Assembly (NCBI GenBank): GCA_963817955.1
Contig: CAWFQK010000004.1
Coordinates: forward strand, 96,001 to 160,000
DNA: 64,000 nucleotides
Origin: an uncultured Gemmatimonadaceae bacterium
GTDB taxonomy: Bacteria; Gemmatimonadota; Gemmatimonadetes; Gemmatimonadales; Gemmatimonadaceae
Direction: 5' to 3'
The translations under genes and the position numbers were made by a program. The first letter of the stretch is position 1. Every line of letters starts with the position of its first letter. Below are positions 49,684 through 59,899 of this stretch, piece after piece. A model generated the notes under the pieces. It searched no databases, was not told where the DNA came from, and saw only the letters and a program-made list of their open reading frames with translations.

Positions 49684-50580
49684 ATGTCTGCTGGTCTCAC
49701 ACTCGGCGCCCCTGACACGCTGCTCACCGACCGCGCGGCCGACTATCTCGCCGCCGGTCCGGCCGACGCCCAGTCGCTGATCTCGCACGTGTGCCAGCTG
49801 CCCGGTGCGCCGCGCCACGTGGCGGAGCACATGGCCGCCGCGTTGTTTGCCGGCCATCGCCGTTTCTCGCGAGACATCGACGGTCGGTGGCGGCTTCGTG
49901 AATTGTCGGCGCCGATCGAGTGCTCGGTTGCCGCGATCACCGAGCTGCAGAGGCAATCGTTCGTCGTCGTCGACGTGGAGACCACGGGTATGCGGGCGGA
50001 TGGCGGCGATCGCATCACCGAAATTGCCGTGGTGCTCGTGCGCGACGGAGTGGTGACGCCGATATTCGACTCGCTGATCAACCCTGAGCGCGCCATCCCT
50101 CCGGCGATCACGGCGATCACGAGCATCACCTGGGAAATGGTGAAGGACGCGCCGCGATTCGGCGACATCTGCGATCAGCTGCTTGGCGCACTCGAGGGGC
50201 ACATTTTCGTTGCGCACAACGCCAGCTTCGACTGGCGCTTCGTTTCGGCGGAGGTTGCGCGTGCGACGCGCCGGCAGTTGCAGGGGCGAACGCTCTGCAC
50301 AGTGCGCATGGCGCGCAAGCTCGTCCCGCAGCTACGCCGCCGGAATCTGGATTCCGTCACGACCTTCTTTGGCATCGAGATCCAGGGCCGCCACCGCGCC
50401 GGCGGCGATGCCGTTGCTACCGCGCACGTGCTCTTGCGTTTGCTCGACGCCGCGCGCGAGCGCGGCTGCACCACGTACGAGGACATCGACCAGCTCCTCA
50501 GCGGTGCGGCGGCACGCCAGAGGCGTCCTCGGCGTGCTCCCGCCCTTCCGCACTCGGCAACCGACGACGCGACGGCATGA
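49684..50580 (+). CDS. DEDDh 3'-5' exonuclease (DnaQ-like) with an N-terminal extension
   Basis: VVDVETTG, DRITEI, VAHNASFD, HRAGGDA. Confidence 0.88.
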   Translation: MSAGLTLGAPDTLLTDRAADYLAAGPADAQSLISHVCQLPGAPRHVAEHMAAALFAGHRRFSRDIDGRWRLRELSAPIECSVAAITELQRQSFVVVDVETTGMRADGGDRITEIAVVLVRDGVVTPIFDSLINPERAIPPAITAITSITWEMVKDAPRFGDICDQLLGALEGHIFVAHNASFDWRFVSAEVARATRRQLQGRTLCTVRMARKLVPQLRRRNLDSVTTFFGIEIQGRHRAGGDAVATAHVLLRLLDAARERGCTTYEDIDQLLSGAAARQRRPRRAPALPHSATDDATA

Positions 50581-51455
50581 CACCAGTTCCCAAGCCTCTC
50601 GTAGAAACGCGGCAGCTCGGACGCTGGCGCATACACGCCATCCAGGCAGGCGGCCAGAAGCTCGACGGCGGCGCGATGTTCGGCGTCGTGCCGAAGCCGC
50701 TCTGGGAACGCCGCATCCAGGCCGACGAACGCAATCGTATTCAGCTCGGAATGCGTTGCCTGCTCATCGAGCACGACATCGGTCCCATTCTCATCGACAC
50801 CGGCGCAGGCAACAAGGAGTCGGCGAAGTTCTACGAGATCTATGGCGTCGAGAACGCTGGATCTCCCGGGCCGACGGCGCTCGAAGATGGGTTGCGGCAG
50901 GCGGGGTTCACGCCCGATGACATCGTGCTGGTGATCAACAGCCACCTGCATTTCGATCACGCCGGCGGCAACACGTTCAGGAACAGTTCGGGCGACGTGC
51001 GGCCCACGTTCTCCAACGCGAAGTACGTGATGCAACGCGGCGAATACGAGTATGCCACGCACACGAACGAACGAACGGGCGCCAGCTACTTCCCGCACAA
51101 CTTCGTACCACTGCAGGAAGCAGGCATGGTAGAGTTCCTCGATGGTGAACGTGAGATCGTGCCAGGCATTCGTGGCATACCCACTCCCGGGCACACGCCG
51201 CACCATCAGGGACTTCTCATCGAGTCTGACGGGGAACGGGCGTTCTACGTTGCCGATCTCGTGCCGACGACGGCGCATCTTCCCCTGCCGTGGATCATGG
51301 GCTACGACGTGGAGCCGCTGGTGACGCTGGAGACGAAGCGGCGGATTCTTGGTCGCGCATTGGCCGAGGATTGGTTGATGGTGTTCGAGCACGACGCCAC
51401 CACCCCGTGGGCGAAGATTGCCAACGACGGAAAGGCCTACGGTCCGCGCAAATAG
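50577..51455 (+). CDS. MBL-fold metallo-hydrolase (YtnP-like)
   Basis: LDGGAMFGVVPK, HLHFDHAGG, GHT, MGYD, FEHD. Confidence 0.9.
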   Translation: MTPVPKPLVETRQLGRWRIHAIQAGGQKLDGGAMFGVVPKPLWERRIQADERNRIQLGMRCLLIEHDIGPILIDTGAGNKESAKFYEIYGVENAGSPGPTALEDGLRQAGFTPDDIVLVINSHLHFDHAGGNTFRNSSGDVRPTFSNAKYVMQRGEYEYATHTNERTGASYFPHNFVPLQEAGMVEFLDGEREIVPGIRGIPTPGHTPHHQGLLIESDGERAFYVADLVPTTAHLPLPWIMGYDVEPLVTLETKRRILGRALAEDWLMVFEHDATTPWAKIANDGKAYGPRK

Positions 51456-51465
51456 CGGCGGCGAA

Positions 51466-52644
51466 TTGCCCGCTGGATGGTGGATCGATGCTCTCCGCTC
51501 ACCGGACGGCGCGCGGATACTCGACGAGTTGGCGCGCGAGCCACTGACCCGCGAGAGCGAAATCCGACGCATCACTCAGCTTCGCGACCGATATCCCGTC
51601 GAGTTGGTGACGGCGGCCTTGGAGTTGGCGCGGTTGCGCGCACGTGCCGCGCCGAAGTTCACGCGCGCAGACACGATGTGGTTCACGCAGGCGGGACTCG
51701 AACAAGCGTCGTCCGAGCGCATGGCGCGGCATCACGCGCGCCGTTACGCCTCGTTCGAACGGATCGCTGATCTCTGCAGCGGTATCGGCGGCGACTTGAT
51801 CGGGCTCGCGGCCGATCGCCAAGTCGTCGCCGTGGACATGGATCCCGTCCACATCCGCCTCGCGGTGTTGAACGCCGAGGCAAACGCCGTATTGCATCAG
51901 GTCAGCACGGTCTGCGCCGACGTACGAGACGTCGATCTCCGAAACGTGTCGGCCGCGTTCATCGATCCGGCGCGGCGGTCTTCCGACCGCCGCTTTCGCG
52001 CGGGAACGAGCAACCCGCCTCTGAACTGGTGCTTCGCGCTGGCCGATCGAGGCACCGCCGTGGGCATCAAGGCGGCTCCTGGGTTGCCACTCGATCTCGT
52101 GCCGGCGGGGTGGGAACTGGAATTCGTGTCGGAGGATCGCGAGCTCAAGGAGTCAGCGCTCTGGTCGCCCACTCTGGCCACTACGCAGCGCCGCGCCACG
52201 ATCCTTCCCGGCGGTGAAACGCTGCAAACGGGCGACGCAATCGCGGATATCTGTGTGGACGCACCCGGGCGTTATCTGCTCGACGTGGACCCGGCAGTCA
52301 CGCGCGCTGGCCTGGTGGATGAGCTCGCGACGGTACTCGGCGATTGTTGGAAGATCGATCCACAAATCGGATTTCTGTCGTCCGATCGCGAACTCGTGAC
52401 GCCCTTCGGACGAACCCTCCGCGTGGAGGCGTCCGAGGCTTGGAGCCTGAGCCGGCTGCGGACCGCGCTGAGGACGTTGAATGTTGGGACGGTCGACATT
52501 CGGAAGCGTGGCTCAGCGGTAGACGTTGACGATCTGCAGCGACGCCTCAAACTGACGGGGACTCGTCGCGCGATTGCGGTACTCACGCGCGTGTCTGACA
52601 AACCATGGATGCTCGTGTGCAGTGAGCTGTCGAGCCGGACTTGA
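51466..52644 (+). CDS. Class I SAM-dependent methyltransferase with a THUMP-like C-terminus (start uncertain)
   Basis: LEQAS, DLCSGIGGD, FIDPARR, KAAPG. Confidence 0.8.
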   Translation: MPAGWWIDALRSPDGARILDELAREPLTRESEIRRITQLRDRYPVELVTAALELARLRARAAPKFTRADTMWFTQAGLEQASSERMARHHARRYASFERIADLCSGIGGDLIGLAADRQVVAVDMDPVHIRLAVLNAEANAVLHQVSTVCADVRDVDLRNVSAAFIDPARRSSDRRFRAGTSNPPLNWCFALADRGTAVGIKAAPGLPLDLVPAGWELEFVSEDRELKESALWSPTLATTQRRATILPGGETLQTGDAIADICVDAPGRYLLDVDPAVTRAGLVDELATVLGDCWKIDPQIGFLSSDRELVTPFGRTLRVEASEAWSLSRLRTALRTLNVGTVDIRKRGSAVDVDDLQRRLKLTGTRRAIAVLTRVSDKPWMLVCSELSSRT

Positions 52645-52669
52645 CCTAAATTACGGTTCGGTCTAGGTT
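52641..52669 (+). promoter_or_regulatory. Sigma70 promoter of infC-rpmI-rplT
   Basis: TTGACC-17 bp-TAGGTT. Confidence 0.65.
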
Positions 52670-52675
52670 TAGCAG

Positions 52676-52829
52676 ACAACTCGGAAAGTGGACCGTCGTA
52701 GGTCCCACCCTCTGGCCCTCGCGTATGTCGTGAGGTGTGCTGCAGGAGTTCACGATTCAGCCGATCGTCCGCCATGTGCGGAGGAGCGGCCGCATGCGCG
52801 GACTCTGTCACAGGATCCGCGTTTTTTTT
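52676..52829 (+). promoter_or_regulatory. Putative L20-type leader with an intrinsic terminator (attenuator)
   Basis: AAGTGGACC-GTCGTA-GGTCCCACC hairpin; CGCGGA...TCCGCG stem (52797-52821) followed by T8, upstream of infC. Confidence 0.6.
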
Positions 52830-52855
52830 GTTTTCTCTCTTTGAGGACTTTCGGT

Positions 52856-53374
52856 ATTCAGGACACAACGAAGCGTGTGCGAGTCAACCGTCAGATTCGC
52901 ATTAGCCCGGTCCGCGTGATCGGCTCGGACGGATCGCAGCTCGGCATTCTCGAAGTAGACGTCGCGCTGCGCATGGCGGAAGAGCAAGGGCTGGATCTGG
53001 TCGAAGTCGCTGCGACGGCTCGCCCGCCTGTTGTTCGCATCATGGACTACGGCAAGTACAAGTTCGAGATGGCGAAGCAGGCGCGGCAGGCGAAAAAGAA
53101 GCAGCATGTGATCGAGCTCAAGGAGGTCAAGTACCGTCCCGGGATCGACGATCACGATTTCGACACGAAGACTCGGCACGCGCGGCGGTTCTTGGAAGAG
53201 AAGAACAAAGTGAAAGTGACGATGATGTTCCGCGGCCGTCAGGTGGCGCACCCCGAGCTCGGACAGGCGGTGCTCACGCGAGTGGCGACGGCGCTGGCCG
53301 ACATTGGGAAAATTGAGAGCTCGGGAAGACTGGAAGGCAAGTCGATCACCATGATTCTCGCGCCGAAATCTTGA
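52856..53374 (+). CDS. infC: Translation initiation factor IF-3 (ATT start)
   Basis: [38 protein letters not shown] precedes the in-frame ATT. Confidence 0.97.
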   Translation: MQDTTKRVRVNRQIRISPVRVIGSDGSQLGILEVDVALRMAEEQGLDLVEVAATARPPVVRIMDYGKYKFEMAKQARQAKKKQHVIELKEVKYRPGIDDHDFDTKTRHARRFLEEKNKVKVTMMFRGRQVAHPELGQAVLTRVATALADIGKIESSGRLEGKSITMILAPKS

Positions 53375-53384
53375 GGATGTTCAG

Positions 53385-53582
53385 ATGCCAAAAATGAAGA
53401 CTCACAAGGGCGCCAAGAAGCGCTTCAAGGTGACTGGCTCGGGAAAGGTCCGCCGCTACAAGGCGTACAAGAGCCACATCCTGACCAAGAAGACGTCCAA
53501 GCGGAAGCGCCGCCTCCGTCAGCCCGGTCTCGTCGCAACAACCGGTGACCAAAAGCGCGTCAAGCGCCTGATTCAGGCTTAA
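53385..53582 (+). CDS. rpmI: 50S ribosomal protein L35
   Basis: [21 protein letters not shown]. Confidence 0.98.
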   Translation: MPKMKTHKGAKKRFKVTGSGKVRRYKAYKSHILTKKTSKRKRRLRQPGLVATTGDQKRVKRLIQA

Positions 53583-53594
53583 GGAGAGACTCCC

Positions 53595-53957
53595 ATGCCT
53601 CGTGCCGTATCGAACGTTCCGCGCCTGAAGCGGAAAAAACAGATCATGAAGGCCGCGCGCGGTGCCTTCGGTGCCCGCAGCAAGCTGTGGAAGCCGGCGA
53701 AGGAGACCGTCGAGCGCGGTTGGAAGTATGCATACCGCGACCGCAAGAACAAGAAGCGCGATTTCCGCAAGCTATGGATCATGCGCATCAACGCGGGTGC
53801 ACATCAGCACGACATGAACTACAACACGTTCATGAACGGGCTGAAGCTCGCCGGCGTCGAAGTGAACCGGAAGATCCTCGCCGATCTGGCGGTGCACGAT
53901 CCGGCCGCGTTTACGGCGCTCGTTGACCGGGCGCGCTCCGCGTTGAACGCAGCGTAA
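53595..53957 (+). CDS. rplT: 50S ribosomal protein L20
   Basis: YAYRDRKNKKRDFRKLWIMRINA, NRKILADLA. Confidence 0.98.
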   Translation: MPRAVSNVPRLKRKKQIMKAARGAFGARSKLWKPAKETVERGWKYAYRDRKNKKRDFRKLWIMRINAGAHQHDMNYNTFMNGLKLAGVEVNRKILADLAVHDPAAFTALVDRARSALNAA

Positions 53958-53974
53958 ATTCTCGCTAGTCATAC

Positions 53975-54014
53975 ACGGCGGCAGCGCGACATTCAGTCGT
54001 TGCTGCCGCCGTTT
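53975..54014 (+). terminator. Stem-loop terminator after rplT
   Basis: ACGGCGGCAGC...GCTGCCGCCGT followed by TT. Confidence 0.7.
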
Positions 54015-54043
54015 CGTTGCTCGTGACTCGTTGCCGATCCCCG

Positions 54044-55072
54044 ATGCATCTCAACGACTATATCTCGGAAGCAGACACCATCGAGCGCGAGGGCGTCGCG
54101 ACGCTGCAGAGTGCAGCCGACGCGGACGCGCTCGAGGCGGCGCGCATCGCCTTCCTTGGCGACCGGCAGGGACGGGTCAGGGCGCTGCAGGAAGCGCTCA
54201 AGGCGATCGCGAAGGAAGACAAGCCGGCAGCCGGCAAGCGCTTCAACGAAGCGCGCACGCGCCTCGAGACGCTGTACGCCGAATGTCAGGCGAGGCTGGA
54301 TGCGTCGCGCGGCTCGAACGCCGGTGACGACCTGACGCTTCCGCCGCGCCGGCAGTGGCGTGGCGCCAAGCATCCCGTCACACTCGTCATCGAGGAGATC
54401 GAGTCGATCTTCCGTGAGCTCGGGTTCACCATTGCTCAGGGGCCTGAAGCGGAAACGGAGTGGTACAACTTCGGGGCGCTCAATTTCCCGGCGGACCACC
54501 CGGCGCTCGATGTGCACGACACCATGTACCTCGAGGCCGAGGGGTTGCTGCGCACGCACACCTCACCGGTGCAGGTGCGCACGCTCCAGAAGTACGCGCC
54601 GCCTATTCGCGTGCTGATTCCCGGCAAGGTGTATCGCCGCGATCCGTTTGACGCATCGCACGCCCCGGCGTTCGAGCAGATCGAGGGACTCTGCGTCGAC
54701 GAGGGCGTCAGCTTCGTCGATCTCAAGGCGACGCTCAACCTGTTCGCCGAGCGTTTCTTTGGCGCGTCGCGCACCCGCTTCCGGCCGTCGTACTTCCCGT
54801 TCACGGAGCCGTCGGCCGAGATGGACGTCCAGTGCGGCATCTGCGGCGGGGGCGGCTGTGCGGCTTGCAAAGGGACGGGGTGGATCGAGATCCTCGGCTC
54901 GGGAATGGTGCACCCCAGCGTGCTCGAGGCCGCCGGCATCGACAGCGAGCGGTACACCGGCTGGGCCTTCGGCATGGGGCCTGCGCGCATCGCCATCAGC
55001 CGGTATGGAATTCCGGACATCCGAATTCTTTACGATTCGGACGTGCGATTCCTGGAGCAGATCGCCGAATGA
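54044..55072 (+). CDS. pheS: Phenylalanine--tRNA ligase alpha subunit
   Basis: LRTHTSPVQ, RFRPSYFPFTEPS, GWAFGMG. Confidence 0.98.
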   Translation: MHLNDYISEADTIEREGVATLQSAADADALEAARIAFLGDRQGRVRALQEALKAIAKEDKPAAGKRFNEARTRLETLYAECQARLDASRGSNAGDDLTLPPRRQWRGAKHPVTLVIEEIESIFRELGFTIAQGPEAETEWYNFGALNFPADHPALDVHDTMYLEAEGLLRTHTSPVQVRTLQKYAPPIRVLIPGKVYRRDPFDASHAPAFEQIEGLCVDEGVSFVDLKATLNLFAERFFGASRTRFRPSYFPFTEPSAEMDVQCGICGGGGCAACKGTGWIEILGSGMVHPSVLEAAGIDSERYTGWAFGMGPARIAISRYGIPDIRILYDSDVRFLEQIAE

Positions 55073-57513
55073 ACGTTTCGTACGAGTGGCTGAAAGCGTT
55101 CGTCCCGTTCGAACAGACGGCTGGCGAACTGCGAGAGCTCATCACCGCGCACATCGCGACGGTCGATGAGATGATGTCGTTGCGCGACGACCTCGCGCCG
55201 TTCGTCATTGCGCGAGTGGTCGAGGAGGCTCCGCATCCCGATTCCGACCACTTGCACATCACCAAGGTGGACGTGGGCACGGGCACGCTGCTCGACGTCG
55301 TCTGCGGCGCCCCCAACGTCGCGGCGGGCAAGATGTATCCGTTCGCGCCCACCGGCACGGTGCTGCCCGGTGGCCTCAAGATCGAGAAGCGAAAGATCCG
55401 CGGAGCCGTCTCGAACGGCATGCTCTGCTCGGCGCGCGAGCTTGGACTGGGACAGGAGCAGGACGGTATCCTCGAACTGGATGTCGACGTGCCACCCGGC
55501 ACGCCGCTGCTCAGCGCCCTGCCGCTCGGTGACATGCAGCTCGTCATCGATGTCGGTGCAAATCGCCCCGACCTGCTCTCGCACATCGGCCTCGCGCGCG
55601 ACGTCGCGGCGGTGACACGCAGCCCGTTCGGGCTGCCGGCCATTGCAGGTCTCGACGCCGCCGTGCCCACGGCAATTCCTGCGGCCGAAGCGGCACGGGC
55701 GGGACCAGTGAGCGTACGCGTCGCCGAGGCCGATCTCGTGCGTCGGTTCATGGGTGTCGCGATTCGCGGCGTGAAGATCGGGCCGAGTCCCGAGTGGCTT
55801 GTCCGGCGTTTGCAGGCGGTCGGCTCGCGTTCGATCAACAACATCGTCGATGCGAGCAATTATGTCCTGCATGAACTCGGGCAGCCGACGCACGCGTTTG
55901 ACCTCGCCAAGTTGAACGGCGCGAGCATCGTGGTGCGCCGCGCGATGACCGGCGAGCGCATCACGACGCTGGACGGCGCGGAGCGTACGCTGCGGGACGA
56001 CATGATTGTCATCGCCGACGCGGTGCGTCCGCAGGCGGTGGCCGGGGTCATGGGCGGCCGCGACAGCGAGGTGACGGATGACACCACCGACATCTTTCTC
56101 GAGGTTGCAAACTTCAACCCAGCGCGCATTCGTGATGCGCATCGCGCACTCGGATTGTCTACCGACGCGAGCCACCGCTTCGAGCGCGGCGTGGATCTCG
56201 AGATCGCCCCGCGCGCGCTGGAACGGTGCGCGCAGCTCATCATGCTGCTCGCCGGCGGCAAGGTCGATGGCTCGCCGGTCGACCTCGCGTACGACCGTCC
56301 GGCTCCGACGATCGTTGATCTGCGCACGAGGCGCGTCGCTGCGGTGCTCGGCGAAACGCTCGGCACGGATGAGATCGCGGCATTCCTCCTGAGCATTGGC
56401 TTCGGCGTGGATCGCGTCAACGACGATCTGCGCGTGACGGTCCCTACGTGGCGCCTGGACGTGACGGCGGAAGTCGATCTCATAGAAGAGGTCGCGCGGC
56501 TTCGCGGCTACGACAGTTTCCCGGTAGAGGTTCGTCCATTCCGTCCGGGGACGGTCGCGGATGATCCCCAGTGGGTCGCGTCGAAACGCGTTCGCGAACG
56601 GCTCGTCGGCAGCGGCCTGCTTGAAACCCGGCCCATGCCGTTTGTCACGGGCGGCGAGGGCTTCGTGCGTCTTGCGAATCCTCTGTCGGAGAACGAGGCC
56701 TATCTGCGGCGCGACGTGCTCGACACACTCGCGCGCCGCGCCGAGTATAACTTGGCGCGCATGCAGGGCAACGTCCGGATCTTCGAAATCGGATCGGTGT
56801 TCGCCCCGCGGATGAGCGAATTGCCGAACGAAGAGTTGCGCGTTGGGGCACTCGTCATGGGCCGGCGCCAGCCGCCGCACTTCAGCGATCCCAAATCACT
56901 GGAATTCGACACCTGGGCAACATTCGAGCATTGGGACGTCAAGGCACTCGCGCAGGCGATCGCTGAAGCGGCGTACCCCAATGCCACCATCGTGATCGAA
57001 CCTGGTGAGAGCGATGACGTTCTCTGGCAGGTGACGGCCGACCAGGGGGCGATTGGATTGGTGCGCCGTGTGGCACTCGATGCGCCGGTGTGGGCATCGC
57101 CGGCATTCGGTGTGGAGATTTCGCTTGGAGCCATAGACTCCGGGCAGGTGGCACCCGCCGGCGAGTCCGCATACCGTCCCGCTCCACGCCCGGAGCCGAC
57201 CGTCACCCGCTACCAGCCGCTGCCGACCACGCCAGCAGCCGAATTCGATCTCGCGTTACTCGTGCCGGAAACCGTCGAGGCCGAGCGCGTAGTGTCGGTG
57301 ATGCGCCGGGTGGCTGGGAGACTCTTGGAGCGTGTGGAGCTGTTTGATCGCTATCTTGGGAAGGGGGTCGATCCTGGCTTCCGAAGCCTGGCCTGGCGGT
57401 TGACCTTCCGCCATGCCGAGCGCACTCTACGGGACCGAGAGATCGATGCCCGCCGCTCCGACATTCTTCGAGCACTCGCCGACGAGCTCAATGTCAGACA
57501 ACGTACAAGCTGA
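55069..57513 (+). CDS. pheT: Phenylalanine--tRNA ligase beta subunit
   Basis: VVCGAPN, SNGMLCSARELG, NRPDLLS, RFERGVD, DLIEEVAR. Confidence 0.97.
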   Translation: MNVSYEWLKAFVPFEQTAGELRELITAHIATVDEMMSLRDDLAPFVIARVVEEAPHPDSDHLHITKVDVGTGTLLDVVCGAPNVAAGKMYPFAPTGTVLPGGLKIEKRKIRGAVSNGMLCSARELGLGQEQDGILELDVDVPPGTPLLSALPLGDMQLVIDVGANRPDLLSHIGLARDVAAVTRSPFGLPAIAGLDAAVPTAIPAAEAARAGPVSVRVAEADLVRRFMGVAIRGVKIGPSPEWLVRRLQAVGSRSINNIVDASNYVLHELGQPTHAFDLAKLNGASIVVRRAMTGERITTLDGAERTLRDDMIVIADAVRPQAVAGVMGGRDSEVTDDTTDIFLEVANFNPARIRDAHRALGLSTDASHRFERGVDLEIAPRALERCAQLIMLLAGGKVDGSPVDLAYDRPAPTIVDLRTRRVAAVLGETLGTDEIAAFLLSIGFGVDRVNDDLRVTVPTWRLDVTAEVDLIEEVARLRGYDSFPVEVRPFRPGTVADDPQWVASKRVRERLVGSGLLETRPMPFVTGGEGFVRLANPLSENEAYLRRDVLDTLARRAEYNLARMQGNVRIFEIGSVFAPRMSELPNEELRVGALVMGRRQPPHFSDPKSLEFDTWATFEHWDVKALAQAIAEAAYPNATIVIEPGESDDVLWQVTADQGAIGLVRRVALDAPVWASPAFGVEISLGAIDSGQVAPAGESAYRPAPRPEPTVTRYQPLPTTPAAEFDLALLVPETVEAERVVSVMRRVAGRLLERVELFDRYLGKGVDPGFRSLAWRLTFRHAERTLRDREIDARRSDILRALADELNVRQRTS

Positions 57514-57796
57514 ACAACCCGCCATCCACGAGTTAGGGATACTTGTCCATCATCTCGCGGACGAGCTGGCTGGTTTCCGCCGGCGAGCGTTGCTTGCCGA
57601 AGCGCGCCTCAAGGAGATCGGTGCCCAGGAAGGCGGAGCGGTGAATCTGGAGTTGGCTACGAGAGTTGCGCAGCTGGAGACGGACAACGCAGCGCTACAG
57701 ACGAAGCTCGAGACGGCAACCATGCGGGCCAAGCAGATGCTGGACCGGGTGAAGTTCCTTCGACAGCAGGCACAAGCCGGAGGGGGCGAGCGGTGA
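57491..57796 (+). CDS. Small coiled-coil protein (ZapB-like position)
   Basis: Coiled-coil composition; lies between pheT and zapA with overlapping ends. Confidence 0.65.
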   Translation: MSDNVQAEQPAIHELGILVHHLADELAGFRRRALLAEARLKEIGAQEGGAVNLELATRVAQLETDNAALQTKLETATMRAKQMLDRVKFLRQQAQAGGGER

Positions 57797-58098
57797 CGAC
57801 GAAGAAGCACACCCTGCGCGTGTCCATCCTCAACGAGGAATACGCCATCCGCAGCGACACCCCACCGGAGCACGCCCGTGCGGTGGCGCATTACCTGGAT
57901 CAGGCGATCAGGAAAGTGATGGCGAGTGGCGCGGTCGTGGAATCGAATCGGGCAGTAGTCCTGGCGGCGCTGCAGATTACCGCCGAGCTGTTTGAGGCGA
58001 GATCCGCAGCCACGTCCGCGACGGCGTCGGTGCGAGAATTGAGTGAATATGTGCGGCCGTTGTTGCCACCGTCCAAGCGGCAGACGGCGTCTACCTGA
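57793..58098 (+). CDS. zapA: Cell division protein ZapA
   Basis: VSILNEEYAIR, VAHYLD, VLAALQITAELF. Confidence 0.9.
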   Translation: MTTKKHTLRVSILNEEYAIRSDTPPEHARAVAHYLDQAIRKVMASGAVVESNRAVVLAALQITAELFEARSAATSATASVRELSEYVRPLLPPSKRQTAST

Positions 58099-58109
58099 CC
58101 CGGGCTTTG

Positions 58110-58138
58110 TTGCCTTTTCCGCATCGGGCGTCTAACCT
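58110..58138 (+). promoter_or_regulatory. Sigma70 promoter for the putative 6S RNA and rny
   Basis: TTGCCT-17 bp-TAACCT. Confidence 0.6.
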
Positions 58139-58144
58139 TAGCGG

Positions 58145-58292
58145 GCAGTTGCCGAGCTGACCCGTAGGTCCAAGCGCACTTTGTAGTTAGCGGACCCATC
58201 TCAGGCCCTTCGCCGGCGTGGGATCGGAACGTAAACATCAGGTGCGGCGTCGCGAAGCGGTGGTACTCCTTGTCCTGCGGCCGTGAGGCTGC
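58145..58292 (+). ncRNA. ssrS: Putative 6S RNA (SsrS)
   Basis: zapA-X-rny synteny; own promoter; nested pairings GCAGTT/GGCTGC, CCGTAGG/CCTGCGG, GCACTT/AGGTGC and CCCAT/GTGGG separated by internal bubbles. Confidence 0.6.
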
Positions 58293-58311
58293 GGTGGAGC
58301 ATAGATCCCAT

Positions 58312-59895
58312 ATGGACGTGATTGCAATCATTGCCGCGCTAGGCGTGTTCGTCATTGCCGCGCCGGCTTTTTTCTTAGTAGGGCGCAGCATCGGCACCAA
58401 GGGCGAGCTGGCGAAACAAGCCGCTGCCAAGGCCACCGCGGAAGAAACATCCAAGCGAATCATCGGCGAAGCCGAGCGCGACTCCGAAAACCTGCGCAAG
58501 AGCGCCGTGGTTTCCGGCAAGGAAGAGCTGATCAAGCTCCGCGAGAACTTCGAGTCTGACGTCCGTGGCCGCCGCGAAGAGGTGGAGCGCGAAGAGCGCC
58601 GTCTGTCCGAGCGCGAGGGCGTGCTCGACCGCAAATTCGAGCTGCTGGAGCAGCGCGAAAAGGATCTCGGTCGCCGTGCCAGCGAGTTCGGCCGGCGTGA
58701 AAAGACGATGGTTGATCGCGAACAGGAGCTCGAACGCCTGGTCGGCGAGGAACGGCGTCGCATCGAACAGATGGCCGGCATGTCGGCTGAGGACGCGAAG
58801 AACGAGCTGATTCGCCGTATGGAGGACGAGGCGCAGGCCGACGCCGCCAATCGCGTGCGCGAGATCCGCGAATCGGCAAAGCGCAACGCCGAGCGGGAAG
58901 CGAAGAAGATTGTCGCGCTCGCTATCCAGCGCATCGCCGCCGACCACACGGCAGAGAGCACGGTATCGGCCGTGTCGCTGCCGAATGACGAGATGAAGGG
59001 ACGCATCATCGGGCGCGAAGGGCGAAACATTCGTGCGTTCGAGCTCGCCACCGGGGTCGACGTGATCATCGACGACACGCCCGACACTGTGGTCGTGTCC
59101 TGCTTCGACCCGATCCGCCGCGAAGTGGCGCGTCTCGCGCTGGAGAAGCTCGTGTCTGACGGACGCATCCACCCCGGTCGCATCGAAGAGGTCGTCAACA
59201 AGTCACGTAAGGAAGTGGAGACACAGATCGTCGAGACCGGCGAACAGGCGGCGTACGAAGCCGGCGTTCACGGACTCCACCCCGAGCTGATCAAGCTTGT
59301 GGGACGCATGCGCTGGCGCACGAGCTACGGCCAGAACATTCTGCAGCATTCGAAGGAAACGGCCTGGCTTGCCGGGATCATGGCTGCCGAACTCGGGCTC
59401 GACGTGAGCATGGCGCGGCGTGGCGCGCTGCTGCACGACATCGGTAAGGTGCTCACGCACGAGCACGAGGGAACGCACGTGCAGCTCGGCGTGGAAGTCG
59501 CCACGAAGTACGGTGAGAACCCGTTGGTGGTGAACTGTATCGCGGCGCACCACGACGACGTGCCGCACGAGAGCGAGATTTCTGTTCTCGTGCAGGCGGC
59601 GGACGCCATCTCGGGGTCGCGACCCGGCGCGCGCCGCGAAGCGTTCGAAACGTACGTGAAGCGCCTCGAGGGACTCGAGAAGATCGCGGCGAGCTACAAG
59701 GGCGTGGAAAAGGTGTTCGCGATCCAGGCAGGGCGCGAGGTCCGGGTCATCGTGCTGCCTGAGGACGTGGACGACGTGCGCATGACGACAATGTCAGAGG
59801 AGATCGCGCGGCGCATCGAAGCCGAGCTGCAGTATCCGGGACAGATCAAAGTGGTCGTGATTCGCGAGACAAGAGCGGTGGACTTTGCCCGCTGA
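58312..59895 (+). CDS. rny: Ribonuclease Y
   Basis: N-terminal TM, coiled coil, KH domain ([13 protein letters not shown]), HD domain (LLHDIGK), SRPGAR. Confidence 0.97.
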   Translation: MDVIAIIAALGVFVIAAPAFFLVGRSIGTKGELAKQAAAKATAEETSKRIIGEAERDSENLRKSAVVSGKEELIKLRENFESDVRGRREEVEREERRLSEREGVLDRKFELLEQREKDLGRRASEFGRREKTMVDREQELERLVGEERRRIEQMAGMSAEDAKNELIRRMEDEAQADAANRVREIRESAKRNAEREAKKIVALAIQRIAADHTAESTVSAVSLPNDEMKGRIIGREGRNIRAFELATGVDVIIDDTPDTVVVSCFDPIRREVARLALEKLVSDGRIHPGRIEEVVNKSRKEVETQIVETGEQAAYEAGVHGLHPELIKLVGRMRWRTSYGQNILQHSKETAWLAGIMAAELGLDVSMARRGALLHDIGKVLTHEHEGTHVQLGVEVATKYGENPLVVNCIAAHHDDVPHESEISVLVQAADAISGSRPGARREAFETYVKRLEGLEKIAASYKGVEKVFAIQAGREVRVIVLPEDVDDVRMTTMSEEIARRIEAELQYPGQIKVVVIRETRAVDFAR

Positions 59896-59899
59896 AGCG

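Noticed and set aside
55030..56880. 616-aa minus-strand ORF (likewise 2224-3867, 32613-34157, 57900-59201 and 61754-63205)
   Set aside because: All lie antisense to well-supported conserved genes and show no recognisable motifs.
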